A stretch of DNA of 64,000 nt, taken from Gaiellales bacterium (GTDB lineage: Bacteria; Actinomycetota; Thermoleophilia; Gaiellales; SKUG01). The position numbers were made by a program, and so were the translations under genes. The stretch is taken from assembly GCA_038212015.1 (NCBI GenBank), contig JBBQUY010000002.1, forward strand, positions 7,313-71,312, read 5' to 3'. Below, piece after piece: positions 48,178-60,194 of this stretch (position 1 is the first letter of the stretch; each line of letters begins with the position of its first letter). The notes beneath the pieces were generated by a model that worked only from the letters and a program-made list of their open reading frames with translations, was not told the origin of the DNA and made no database searches.

Positions 48178-49137
48178 CTACGCGGGTGCCGAGACGGGAT
48201 CGTACTCTCGCTCGGGCGCGTGGTGCGACGGTTTCCGGGGAGGGCTGGCCTCGTGCGGCAGCACGGCGTCCGCGGCGATGCGCACGGCGACGAGCCAGAT
48301 GAGCGCCGCGTTCGCGACGTGGGCGAGCACGACCCCCCACGGCAGGCCGGTCCGGTACTGGATCTCGCCGAGCGCAACCTGTCCGACGACGAGCACGAGC
48401 AGCAGTCCGAGGTCGCGGAACGCGACGCCGCGCTGCTGTCGCAGCCACGTCAGCGCGAGCACCAGCACCAGGAATATGTAGGCGCCGCGGGCGTGGAGCG
48501 TGAGGGCAAGGTCGAAGATCCCGAATCGGTCGACGTCCTGGCCGGTGCCGGAGGCACCCGAATGCGGTCCGGATGCGGTCGTCAGCACGCCGGCGACGAT
48601 CACCGCGAGCAGCGAAGCGAGCATCACGGCCGCGGCGCCGGTGCGCAGAGCCACGTGGCGCGCGGGACGGGCGGGAGCTGCGCTGCCTGCCGCGTGAACG
48701 GCGAATGCGGCGGTCGCAAGCAGTCCGATGCTGACGAGGAAATGGACGGCGACGATCTGCGGCGGCAGTTCCAGGATCACGGTCAATGCACCGACGCCCG
48801 CCTGCACCAGCACGCCAAGGACCGTGAGGCTGGTTGCCAGTCGCAGATCGCGGCGAACTGGGCCCGCCAGTCGCCAGCAGGTCCAGAGAGCGATGAGCGC
48901 GGTGAGCAGCGTCGGCGCGGCGGTCATCCGGTTGAGGAACTCCACCATCGGGTGGAACGACAGCTCGGGCGTGGCGCTGCTCGTCGTGCAGGTCGGCCAG
49001 TTGGGACAGCCGAGTCCGGACCCGGTGAGGCGCACAGTGGCGCCCGTCACGACGATGAACCACTGAAAGAACAGCGCCACGACCGTCGCGCGGCGGGCGG
49101 TCTCACGGGTATACGGGCCGAGCAGAAAGTGTCGCAT
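48178..49137 (-). CDS. ctaA: Heme A synthase (COX15/CtaA family)
   Basis: Start ATG 49137. VRLTGSGLGCPNWPTC motif. Multi-TM with conserved His. The longer TTG-initiated track ORF is probably an over-extension. Confidence 0.75.
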   Translation of the reverse strand: MRHFLLGPYTRETARRATVVALFFQWFIVVTGATVRLTGSGLGCPNWPTCTTSSATPELSFHPMVEFLNRMTAAPTLLTALIALWTCWRLAGPVRRDLRLATSLTVLGVLVQAGVGALTVILELPPQIVAVHFLVSIGLLATAAFAVHAAGSAAPARPARHVALRTGAAAVMLASLLAVIVAGVLTTASGPHSGASGTGQDVDRFGIFDLALTLHARGAYIFLVLVLALTWLRQQRGVAFRDLGLLLVLVVGQVALGEIQYRTGLPWGVVLAHVANAALIWLVAVRIAADAVLPHEASPPRKPSHHAPEREYDPVSAPA

Positions 49138-49397
49138 CGCGCCTGAAGCGTAGTGGACATGGCCGCGTCGTGCGCCGGGGACGGACCGGGTCGAGTCACG
49201 GTGGAATGCGGGTTTTCGAGCGAGAAGGCCACGAAAGCGGCCACCCCGGGGGCCATCGAAGGCCAACGCACCATGGTTTTCGAGCCGACGACGGGGGCCC
49301 GAGGCGATGAAAAGGGTGCCGAAGCAAAAGTCGGCGGTGCGGTACCCCGTCCGGGGCCCGGATCGGCTGACTGCCTTTCACGAGGAGAAGGATCGAC

Positions 49398-50000
49398 GTG
49401 AACTCCCCCTACACCAAGCATCTCGACGCGGTCGACCACACGACCCACTCGACCGCACTGACGGTCCCCACGTATGCAGCAGCACCGATGCATGCACCGC
49501 AGCCCCCGATGGTCATCCAGTCCGGTGGCGACAGCGGTGGCAGCAAGGCAGGAATCGCACTCATTGCGATCGTGCTGGCTATCGTCGGAACCGCAGCAGG
49601 ATTTGCGATCGGCAAGGGCTCCGGCCCGAGCTGGAACGAGCTCCGCCGATTCGAGGCACTCTCGGGTCGTGAAGGTGAGATCCGCGGTCGTGACGCTGGC
49701 TGGAGCCAGGGTCGCAAGCAGGGTCGCACCGAGATGGAGTTCCTCGCACAGTACGAGAAGCTCCGAACGCAGGCCACCGCCTTCAGCCAGGGCTACCGCC
49801 AGGGTCGCGGCATCGGTCAGCAGATGGGTCGCGATCAGTACCAGTACCGCTACCAGAACCGCGGCTACGGCTACGGTCGAGGCTACGGTCGAGGCTACGG
49901 CCGCGGCTACGGCTACGGCGGACGGGTCGGCGGTGCCATCGGCAACGCCCAGGCTCTCGCCAACGCCACGGGCAGCCCGGTCGACGTCATCATCGGCTAG
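49398..50000 (+). CDS. Single-pass membrane protein with RGYG-repeat C-terminus (paralog of 20653-21216)
   Basis: GTG start with GAGGAGAAGGA upstream. TM segment IALIAIVLAIVGTAAGFAIG. C-terminal (GYGR)n. Confidence 0.55.
   Translation: MNSPYTKHLDAVDHTTHSTALTVPTYAAAPMHAPQPPMVIQSGGDSGGSKAGIALIAIVLAIVGTAAGFAIGKGSGPSWNELRRFEALSGREGEIRGRDAGWSQGRKQGRTEMEFLAQYEKLRTQATAFSQGYRQGRGIGQQMGRDQYQYRYQNRGYGYGRGYGRGYGRGYGYGGRVGGAIGNAQALANATGSPVDVIIG
49862..49919 (+). repeat. Tandem 12-nt repeats (ggctacggtcga) encoding GYGR units
   Basis: Seen directly in the sequence. Confidence 0.6.
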
Positions 50001-50213
50001 CACGCCACGCCCAGATCCAACGCCTTCGGCACCGCGCGCGCCCTCGGACTTCGGTCCGGGGGCGCACGTGTCTTCGGAGGCGTTCCACGCACGTTCATGT
50101 CAGGGGCGTGTCACGAACGTGAACGGGCGACGGTGCGCCGGGTTCCGAAGCAACCGGAGTCTGCGTGCACGGGCGACGCGGCGCCCGCGCCAAGAGGGGT
50201 AGGATCACTGGCG

Positions 50214-50647
50214 ATGAACCGCAAGTTCCGACTGATCGCAGCGCTGGGCATGGCCGTGATGCTCGCCACCTTCATGGCATACGTCGCCATCAAGGGCGGC
50301 GACGTGCAGGAGCCGCTGCTGCAGGCGCACGAGCTCGTCACCAAGCGTGAGCTCGCGCAGTCACAGACCGTGCAGGTCGACGGCATCGCCGCCGGACCGA
50401 TCACGGGTGAGCAGGGCGAGCGCTTCCGCTTCTACGTCACCGATCGCGACGGCGACAACCGCACGCTCGTCGACTACAAGGGCGCGGTGCCGGATGCGTT
50501 CCGCGTGGGACGCAACGTGATCGTCACGGGCAAGCTCGTGCAGGATCCCAAGTCCGGCGACCAGATCTTCAAGGCGGAGCCGGGTTCGCTCGTCACGAAG
50601 TGTCCGTCGAAGTTCGAATCCGAGGGCGGCACGAGCCGGTCGGACTC

Positions 50648-50651
<4 letters not shown>
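50214..50651 (+). CDS. ccmE: Cytochrome c-type biogenesis heme chaperone CcmE, variant with C-P-S-K-F in place of H-x3-Y
   Basis: N-terminal TM and OB-fold core (NVIVTGKLV). The C-terminal ...VTKCPSKFESEGG sits where canonical CcmE has LAKHDENY. Confidence 0.8.
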
Positions 50652-52795
<2,144 letters not shown>

Positions 52796-53876
52796 CGGGA
52801 CGGCCGCGACCGTGCCTGGTGGCACGACGCCCGCGGTGGTGCCCGTACCCGCCGACCAGTCGGCGGAGAACGTCGTGTACCTCGGGGAAGAGCATGGCAT
52901 CGCCGCCGATCACGGCGCGATCGCACCGAACCCCCGTGCCGGCGACTACGACAGCGCGGCGCAGCAGCTTGCCGATACGCCGCAGGCGCAGCCGCCCAAC
53001 GACACGTCATCACAGGATCCACCGCTCCCGCCACCCACGCCGATCCGGCCACCCGAGACGGAGCCCGTCTACAACGAGATCGAGGCGCTGCGCCAGCGCG
53101 CCGCCGAACTCGAGGCGGCCCTGCCGGCGTTCGGCTCGCACGGCCCGATCCCGCAGCAGCACGAGCTCGTCCCGCCTCCGCGCGTCGACGACAACCCGTT
53201 CGGCGATTTCTTCGGCGACGGCGCATCCGCCTGGCTCGAGGACGACGAGGAAGACGACGGGCCCGAGATCACGCAGCCGCGCTTCGTCGGCACGATGCTG
53301 GCGGCAGGCGCCGTGATGATGCTGCTCGCCGCATGGGCAGTGTGGGGGGTCGCGATCTGGCGCGGCGCGGGTGGCGCCGAGGCAGGTGGGTTCCTGCTGC
53401 TGTCGATGCTGTTGTGGATCCGGTACCTGTCGATGCCGCGCGAGCAGCAGCACGCGTGGATGCTCAAGCGACACATGCGCGTGAGGTCGTTCGTCGAACG
53501 GCGCGTCTCACCGATTCGCACCCGCACGGAAGGACACGTCGTGATGCGGTCCGAGCGCGGCCGGTACCGCGCCATGCGCGACGAGCGAACGCGCCGCATC
53601 AACTCGCTCGGCGAAGGTGCCTACCGCATGTTCCGGCAGGGCACGCTGCAGCCGGATCTGCATGCCGGAGCGCAGCGAGTCCTGGCGATGGAACGCCAGA
53701 TGCTCGTCCAGGACCAGCGCATTCACGGGCTCATGCAGGAACGCCTCGCAGGACAGCGTGCGGGTGAAGATGCGGGAGGCCACGTGGGGCACGATCCGGC
53801 CTCCGGCGTGCCCGGGGGCGGCCACCCAGCCCCCTGACCTCCGCGGAAAACCCCCGCATGCTGCTGTACTTGCGGC

Positions 53877-55076
53877 ATGAACCGCCCCTCCCGACGCAGC
53901 GGCCTTCTGGTCGCCCTGTCCATGCTCATCGCACTCCCCACCGCCGTCGCGAACGCGGGCCTGCTCGAGTCCCGGCTCGCAGACACGCGCGAGGACGCCA
54001 AGGAGACCCGCGCAGAGCTGTCGATCGTCGACAAGCGCCAGCAGGTCGTCGTGCGTCAGGTCTCGCGCCTCAACCGACGGCTCGCCGAGCTCGAAGTGCC
54101 GCTGCGACGCCTCGAAGCCGAAGTCAACGGCCTCGAAGACCAGATCGCCAAGCGCGAGGATCGGATCGTCGAGCTGCGTGCCGAGCGCGAGCGGCAGAAA
54201 AAGGAGATCGAGCGGCTCAACCGGGAGCTCGGCGCGGCTCGTGACCTGCTCGCCACGCGCGTGGTGACGGCATACAAGAACGGCGATACGGGCGTGATCG
54301 AGCAGCTTGCCGCCGCCGACAGCCTCGAGGAGCTGTTCCGCCGCCAGGAGGCACTTGCGCAGATCGTCGGGCTCGACGATCGCGTGATCGGCCGCATCAC
54401 GAGCGCGGAGCGAAAGGTACGCGTCAAGCGCGCCCGCAACTTCGAGCTGCGTCGCGAGATCCGCGAGGACATCCTCGCGCTCGACGCGAACCGTGACAGC
54501 GTCGACGCCAAGCGGGCCCAGGCCAAGGCCGCGCGTGACGAGGTCGCAACGGTGCGAGCCGAGCGCGACAAGATGCTCGACGCGCTGTCGGCGCGCGAAC
54601 AGAACCTCGGTGCCCACCTCGACGACCTCGAAGAGGACGCGAAGGTGCTGCAGGACGTCATCAAGAACGGCACCTCCACCTACAGCGGCGCGATCGGTGG
54701 TCTCAGCTCCTCCGGCCTGATCTGGCCGGTGAGCGGTCCCGTCGTGAGCCCGTTCGGTCCGCGCTGGGGGCGCATGCACGAAGGCATCGACATCGCCATC
54801 GGTGCCGGCAATCCGATCAGTGCATCAGCCGCAGGCGTCGTGACGCACGCCGGGTGGATGGGCGGCTACGGCAACATGGTCATCGTCCAGCATGCCGGCG
54901 GTCTCGCGACCGGCTACGCACACCAGTCGCAGATCTCGGTGACGAATGGCCAGCTCGTCGGTCAGGGCCAGCTCATCGGCTTCATCGGCTGCACCGGCCA
55001 CTGCTACGGCGACCACCTCCACTACGAGGTGTACATGCACGGCACGCCGCAGAACCCGATGTCGTACCTGAGCTGA
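53877..55076 (+). CDS. M23-family peptidoglycan metalloendopeptidase with N-terminal coiled coil (EnvC-like)
   Basis: Signal peptide. Long coiled coil. HEGIDIA and GHCYGDHLHYEV (HxxxD / HxH) M23 motifs. Confidence 0.8.
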   Translation: MNRPSRRSGLLVALSMLIALPTAVANAGLLESRLADTREDAKETRAELSIVDKRQQVVVRQVSRLNRRLAELEVPLRRLEAEVNGLEDQIAKREDRIVELRAERERQKKEIERLNRELGAARDLLATRVVTAYKNGDTGVIEQLAAADSLEELFRRQEALAQIVGLDDRVIGRITSAERKVRVKRARNFELRREIREDILALDANRDSVDAKRAQAKAARDEVATVRAERDKMLDALSAREQNLGAHLDDLEEDAKVLQDVIKNGTSTYSGAIGGLSSSGLIWPVSGPVVSPFGPRWGRMHEGIDIAIGAGNPISASAAGVVTHAGWMGGYGNMVIVQHAGGLATGYAHQSQISVTNGQLVGQGQLIGFIGCTGHCYGDHLHYEVYMHGTPQNPMSYLS

Positions 55077-55102
55077 GTGAGCGCCACCGGTGGCGCATGA
55101 CG

Positions 55103-55146
55103 CCAACGCAACGTTTGGTGCTCATGCGGTCACAAACGCTGCGTTG
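55103..55146. terminator. Bidirectional terminator hairpin: 15-bp stem with 1 mismatch (ccaacgcaacgtttg/caaacgctgcgttgg) and a 15-nt loop
   Basis: Lies between the convergent M23 peptidase and copCD genes. A 16-nt perfect palindrome GCGCCACCGGTGGCGC sits at 55081-55096. Confidence 0.5.
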
Positions 55147-55153
55147 GTGAACG

Positions 55154-56434
55154 TCAGTTCGGCTGCGGCGTGGCGATGAGCCACACCGTCAACGCGACGA
55201 CCACCACGACAAGGAACATCTCGCGCAGCACGTACTGACGCAGCATGCGCGGTGCGTCCTCGGGGCGACGCGCGACCTGCGGCACGAATGCCGACATGTT
55301 GTTCCACGCGAGCGGCATCGTGCCCAGATACAGCGCCAGCTTGGCGAGGATGAGTCGGCCGTAGGTGGAGTCGATCAGCTCGCCGAACGAGGTGCCGAGC
55401 TCCGCATACGTGGCATATGCGCCGGTCAGCAGGATCGCCATGACGCTGGCGAATGCGACCTTGCTGAAGCGATCGATGGCGTCGATGTAGGTCGTCGCGA
55501 ACGGCGCCAGGTAGGCGAGCTGGAGGAGGCCGCCGATCCAGATCGCGGCGGCGGTGACGTGCACCATGTCGAGTGGCATGCGCAGCCATGTGGGCTCGGT
55601 CGTCACCGCGTGCCCGGTGATCGACAGGCTCGCCGCCAGTCCCACGAACACCGCGCCGAGCGCGTATCGAGCAGCAGTCGGAAGCGACGTGCTCGAGCGA
55701 AGCAGCAGTGCGGGTCCGAGCGCCACGAACGCGAGCAGCGCCCGCAGCTCGAGTGATCGCCCGAACGGCGTGTCGGCTGTCGCCTGCAGCGCGTCGATCT
55801 GCAGCGCGTCGCCGATGCTGCTCCCCTGCAGGATCGCCGTGTTGAGCACGAAACCGGCACCGTATGCCACGAGCAGCGTGATGAGCGACACCACGAGCAG
55901 GCGTGGTCGCCAGCCGGGTGCGATCAGGCACGCGAACAGGCCCCCGCCGGCAGCAAGCAGCAACGCGATGATCTCCACGAAGCGTACGGTCGAGAATGCG
56001 ACCTGCAGCGTCCGGTCGACCGTTCCCGCGTCGCTGGCTGCCGCCGCGCCGCCGCCCTCGGTCTCTTCGCCGATCGAGAACGAGAACGAGCCGTTGATGA
56101 CGTGCCCGTCCTCGCTCGAGACGCGATACCCCACGCCGTACGTTCCGGGTTCGGAGCCGTCGAACGCCTGCGTGATGCGATTGCCCTTCGTCGGCGCAGG
56201 CGCGCCGGTCGCCACGTTCAACTCGCCTGGTCCGAACACCTGGATCGATCCCGGTCCGGCGACGACCGTGCCGCTGAACTCGAGCGTCACGCCGTTCGGC
56301 GCGACCTCGACCACGCTGTCGGCGGCGGGTTCGGAGGAGGCCAGGCTCGCGTGGGCGCCGGCCGCCTGCGGAAGCGCGACGAGCAGCACGAGCGCGATCA
56401 GGAGCCACGCGAGGATCTGTCGGACGGGACGCAT
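55154..56434 (-). CDS. Copper resistance CopC/CopD fusion protein
   Basis: Signal peptide, then HASLASSEP (the CopC Cu-binding His-1 motif) in the N-terminal CopC domain. The C-terminal half is CopD-like with 8 TM. Confidence 0.75.
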   Translation of the reverse strand: MRPVRQILAWLLIALVLLVALPQAAGAHASLASSEPAADSVVEVAPNGVTLEFSGTVVAGPGSIQVFGPGELNVATGAPAPTKGNRITQAFDGSEPGTYGVGYRVSSEDGHVINGSFSFSIGEETEGGGAAAASDAGTVDRTLQVAFSTVRFVEIIALLLAAGGGLFACLIAPGWRPRLLVVSLITLLVAYGAGFVLNTAILQGSSIGDALQIDALQATADTPFGRSLELRALLAFVALGPALLLRSSTSLPTAARYALGAVFVGLAASLSITGHAVTTEPTWLRMPLDMVHVTAAAIWIGGLLQLAYLAPFATTYIDAIDRFSKVAFASVMAILLTGAYATYAELGTSFGELIDSTYGRLILAKLALYLGTMPLAWNNMSAFVPQVARRPEDAPRMLRQYVLREMFLVVVVVALTVWLIATPQPN

Positions 56435-56552
56435 TCGAGGTGGGGCGTACCCGCGGATGCGGCATCACGCACGCACGCCGAATCCGGGCAGGGCTGCTGC
56501 CCCTTGTCGGATCCGGGAATTCGTCGCATCCTTGAAGCAGGTGACGACCCCC

Positions 56553-57071
56553 ATGCACCAGTACCCGACCCTGCACTCGAACCCGAACGCCCCGGCGCAG
56601 CCGACGATGGCGGACGTCTGGGGCGAGTTCCCCAGCGGCCACGGCCACCTCGTCGATGCGGTCCAGCAACGCATCGAGCTGCACGCGCCGCTCGTGCCCG
56701 TGCACCTTCCGGATGTCGCGAGTCGCGAGCCGCGCATGCGCCCGCTTCCGTACGCCGACCCGATCGCATGGTCGCTGCTCAAGCACGCGATCCAGCTTGC
56801 GTTCGTCGTCAGCGTCGTCATCTTCGCGCGCTACGGCGACCAGGCACCGCTCATGGCGCTTGGCTACGTTGGCACCGGCCTGCTGCTCATGGGCACGCTC
56901 GTGATCGCCGATCGCCTGCGCTACGCCGACCGCGATCCATCGTTCGCGATCATCGAGTTCCTCGCTCCCGAACCGGCTCCGGTCCCCGTTCGTGAGCTGC
57001 CGCGGGCCCCGCTTGCGCCGCTCGTCGAGCAGATGCAGGTCGTGATGCCGGAGACCGTCGCGGTCACCTAG
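56553..57071 (+). CDS. Hypothetical membrane protein (2 TM)
   Basis: ATG 56553. The rest of the long track ORF is antisense to copCD. 172 aa. Confidence 0.4.
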   Translation: MHQYPTLHSNPNAPAQPTMADVWGEFPSGHGHLVDAVQQRIELHAPLVPVHLPDVASREPRMRPLPYADPIAWSLLKHAIQLAFVVSVVIFARYGDQAPLMALGYVGTGLLLMGTLVIADRLRYADRDPSFAIIEFLAPEPAPVPVRELPRAPLAPLVEQMQVVMPETVAVT

Positions 57072-57084
57072 CAGCCGGCCAGCG

Positions 57085-57648
57085 TCACACCGGCAGCAGC
57101 AGCTCTCGCGTGGTGGCGTCGAGCTCGAGCTCGTGCAGGTCCGGCAGGTTGCGGAAGCGCTGGCGGTAATCGAATCCGTAGCCCACGTAGAACTTGTCCG
57201 GCACAGTGAAGCCGCGGAATCGAACCGCGTCGTCGACGAGGCGGCGATGTGGGCGGTCGAGCAGCGTGCATACCTCGATCGACGCCGGTTCGTGCGTCTC
57301 GAGCCACTTGTTGAGAAAGCGCAGAGTCAGGCCCGTGTCGATGACGTCCTCGACGAGCAGCACGTCGCGCCCCTGCACCGGGATCTGCAGGTCCTTGAGG
57401 ATCTGCGCCTGCACGCCGGTGGTGCCGTCGCCGTAGGCGCTCAGCGCCAGGAAGTCCATCTCGTGCGGGATCGTCATGTGCCGCACGAGATCAGCGGCGA
57501 ACACGGTGGCGCCCTTGAGCACCGTCACGAGGACCGGGATCGAGTCGGCGTAGTACTCGCTGACCTCGCGCCCGAGCGTCTGCACGCGCGCATCGAGCTG
57601 GTCGCGCGTGTAGAGGGTCGCACCAAGGCGTGGGGCATCGCTCGACAT
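57085..57648 (-). CDS. hpt: Hypoxanthine phosphoribosyltransferase
   Basis: PRPP-binding motif VLLVEDVIDTGLTL. 187 aa. Confidence 0.9.
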   Translation of the reverse strand: MSSDAPRLGATLYTRDQLDARVQTLGREVSEYYADSIPVLVTVLKGATVFAADLVRHMTIPHEMDFLALSAYGDGTTGVQAQILKDLQIPVQGRDVLLVEDVIDTGLTLRFLNKWLETHEPASIEVCTLLDRPHRRLVDDAVRFRGFTVPDKFYVGYGFDYRQRFRNLPDLHELELDATTRELLLPV

Positions 57649-57675
57649 GTCGCCAGCCTATCGTAGGGTGCGCCC

Positions 57676-58329
57676 ATGGCGAACTTCGTGCTCATCCATG
57701 GTGGTGGCTCCCGGGGTGCCACCTTCGGCCTGCTCGCATCCGAGCTCCGCGCCCGCGGTCATGACGTCCTCGCGCCGGACCTGCCGATCGACGATCCAGC
57801 GGGCGACCTGACCGCCTGCGCTCGTTCAGTCGTCGACGCAATCGGCGATCACGCCGACGTGGTGGTGGTCGGTCACTCGTTCGGCGGGCTCGTCGCGCCA
57901 CTGGTCGCCGCATGGATCGACGCAGATCTGCTCGTGCTCCTGTCGGCGATGGTGCCCGCGCCTGGCGAGACCGGAGGCGAATGGTGGGAGTTGTCCGGCT
58001 GGGCCGAGGCAACGCGAGGCACCGACATGTCCGACGATCGTGCGACCTACCTGCAGGACGTACCGGATGAACTCGCGGCCGCGGAACTCGCGCTCGGCCG
58101 GGACCACACCGCAGCGTCCATGCAGGAACCGTGGCCACTCGACGCATGGCCCGACACGCCGACGCGTGTGCTCGCCTTTGCCGACGATCGCTTCCTGCCG
58201 CTCGAACTGCAGCAGCGACTCGCGCGCGAACGCGCGGGAGTGGAAGCCGATACCATCGCGGGCAGCCACGGCGCCTACCTCTCACGACCGATTGAGCTCG
58301 CGGACCGGCTCGTGAGCTACCTCGCCTGA
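57676..58329 (+). CDS. Alpha/beta hydrolase
   Basis: VLIHGGG...VVVGHSFGG nucleophile elbow. 217 aa. Confidence 0.7.
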   Translation: MANFVLIHGGGSRGATFGLLASELRARGHDVLAPDLPIDDPAGDLTACARSVVDAIGDHADVVVVGHSFGGLVAPLVAAWIDADLLVLLSAMVPAPGETGGEWWELSGWAEATRGTDMSDDRATYLQDVPDELAAAELALGRDHTAASMQEPWPLDAWPDTPTRVLAFADDRFLPLELQQRLARERAGVEADTIAGSHGAYLSRPIELADRLVSYLA

Positions 58330-58331
58330 CG

Positions 58332-58775
58332 TCAGCCTGCGAGCAGTCGATCGACCGGCGCGGTGCTCGCGGCTCGTGATCGAAGCTTCTGCCCGAGCGC
58401 CTCGATGTCGCGTCGGTAGAAGAGCCGCACGTTGACGTCAGGGTAGCGCTGGCGCAGCTTGCGGACCTTGCGGTTCTTCTTGGTGACGAGTTCCTGCCGC
58501 ATCGTGGTGACCTCCAGGAAGAGGTTCAGCTCGGGCAGGTAGAAGTCGGGTCGGAACGCCTCGGAGACGCGGCCGTCGCCGTCCGTCTCCAGGACGAATG
58601 TGACGGGCTCGTATTCCCACGCGATGCCGTAGAAGTCGAGCAGCTCGGCGCACTCGCGCTCGCTGTCGTTGACGAAGCGCGGTTCCTGGTGGCCACGGAA
58701 GCTGCGCCAGAGACGGCATGCTGCTCCGTCTTCCACGGAATCGGTCTCGGAAGGCCTGTCCTGCACGGCGGTCAT
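58332..58775 (-). CDS. Hypothetical protein, possibly PD-(D/E)xK nuclease fold (YraN-like architecture)
   Basis: Start ATG 58775. RPDFYLPELNLFLEVTT resembles the D...(E)V(K/T) core of YraN-type nucleases. 147 aa. Confidence 0.35.
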   Translation of the reverse strand: MTAVQDRPSETDSVEDGAACRLWRSFRGHQEPRFVNDSERECAELLDFYGIAWEYEPVTFVLETDGDGRVSEAFRPDFYLPELNLFLEVTTMRQELVTKKNRKVRKLRQRYPDVNVRLFYRRDIEALGQKLRSRAASTAPVDRLLAG

Positions 58776-59081
58776 GGGGAGGTTTCCGTCCATCGTCGAG
58801 GTGGCGAGTCGCCTGTTCCTCAATACGACGAAGGTAGTCGTTCCCCTGCTCGTGGACGACGTATTCCAAGCAGGTCGTTGCAGGTTGTGCAGCAGCGCGG
58901 GGTGCACGTCGTCGGTTCGTGGGGGACGAACGGACGCACGAGCGGGGAGCATCGTGACGGTCATGTGGGAGTGCCCTGCGGTCGGGGAGGTTGCGGGGAG
59001 GTGGAATCGTACGAGCGCCGTCGGACTCGGCGTGCGCCGGCCGGCTGCTTCTCCGGTCGCCCGCGTGGGTAGGTGCCCGAC

Positions 59082-59990
59082 ATGAGGACCTCCGACCGAC
59101 GCCGCGTGATCGCCCATCTGTCCGACCTGCACTGCGGGCACCCGCATTTCGTCCCCGAGATGCTGGAAACGGCGATCGAGGAAGTGAACGAGCTCGCACC
59201 GGACATCGTGGTCGTCAGCGGCGACCTCACGGGCTTCGGGTTCCTGCCCGACTACGAGATGGCGCGCATGTACGTCGACAAGATCGAGTGCGAGCACGTC
59301 GTCACGATTCCCGGCAACCACGACGCGCGCAACGTCGGCTACCTCCACTTCGAGGACCTGTTCGGACCGCGCAATCGCGTCCTGCACGTCGATGGCGTGA
59401 GCGTGGTGGCCGTCGACAGCTCCGAGCCCGACCTCAACGAGGGCTGCGTGGGACGCGGACGCTATGGCTGGATTCGCAAGCAGTTCGCCCATCCGGCGGA
59501 CCTGCGCGTGTTCGTGCTGCACCACCACCTCGTGCCGATCCCACGTACCGGGCGCGAGCGCAGCATGGTGACCGACAGCGGGGACGTCCTCGAGCTGCTC
59601 ACCGAGTGCGGCGTCGACATCGTGCTGAGCGGCCACAAGCACGTGCCGTATGCATGGCAGCTGGAGGAGATGTTCGTCGTCAACGCCGGGACGGTCTCCA
59701 CGACACGCCTGCGCGGGCGCGTGAAGCCGAGCTACAACATCATCGAGATCACGCCCTCGCTCGTGACGATCGACCAGAAGATCCCCGGCGCCGGTCGCGA
59801 GCGCGTGATCAGCTTCGACCCGTCGAGCCGCGAGTACCGCAAGTACGTCAGCGAGGCGAGCGGCTGGGCGCCGCCCGTCGAGAACGTCGTGGTCGTCGAC
59901 CACTCCGGAGCGGGCTTCGGATCCGGCACCAACCAGGGCGTGTCGGATGCGGTACGCGGCGTCGAGTCGGGCGACGACACCGAATCGTGA
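59082..59990 (+). CDS. Metallophosphoesterase, class III cNMP phosphodiesterase-like (CpdA/Icc-like)
   Basis: Motifs DLHCG, GDLTGFG, GNHDA, HHHL and GHKH in canonical order. 303 aa. Confidence 0.65.
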   Translation: MRTSDRRRVIAHLSDLHCGHPHFVPEMLETAIEEVNELAPDIVVVSGDLTGFGFLPDYEMARMYVDKIECEHVVTIPGNHDARNVGYLHFEDLFGPRNRVLHVDGVSVVAVDSSEPDLNEGCVGRGRYGWIRKQFAHPADLRVFVLHHHLVPIPRTGRERSMVTDSGDVLELLTECGVDIVLSGHKHVPYAWQLEEMFVVNAGTVSTTRLRGRVKPSYNIIEITPSLVTIDQKIPGAGRERVISFDPSSREYRKYVSEASGWAPPVENVVVVDHSGAGFGSGTNQGVSDAVRGVESGDDTES

Positions 59991-60000
59991 TCCGTCGCGC

Positions 60001-60035
60001 GTGACGTAACCCGTCACATATGCCGATTACGTCAC
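60001..60035. promoter_or_regulatory. Inverted repeat GTGACGTAA-N17-TTACGTCAC upstream of the 60195 gene
   Basis: Perfect 9-bp arms seen directly in the sequence. Candidate operator. Confidence 0.3.
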
Positions 60036-60194
60036 GAGCGATCGGATTTCCGGCCACGCGCTGGCCCCGCCCCGGCGCAACCGCACCGGCCCCGTCCCCG
60101 ACGAACCGGTAGGGACTGCTGCGCTCGTTCGGGACGACGTGCGCGCGGCAACGACGCCGCCTGACGTGCGGCACGCGAACACGGGGACGACACC

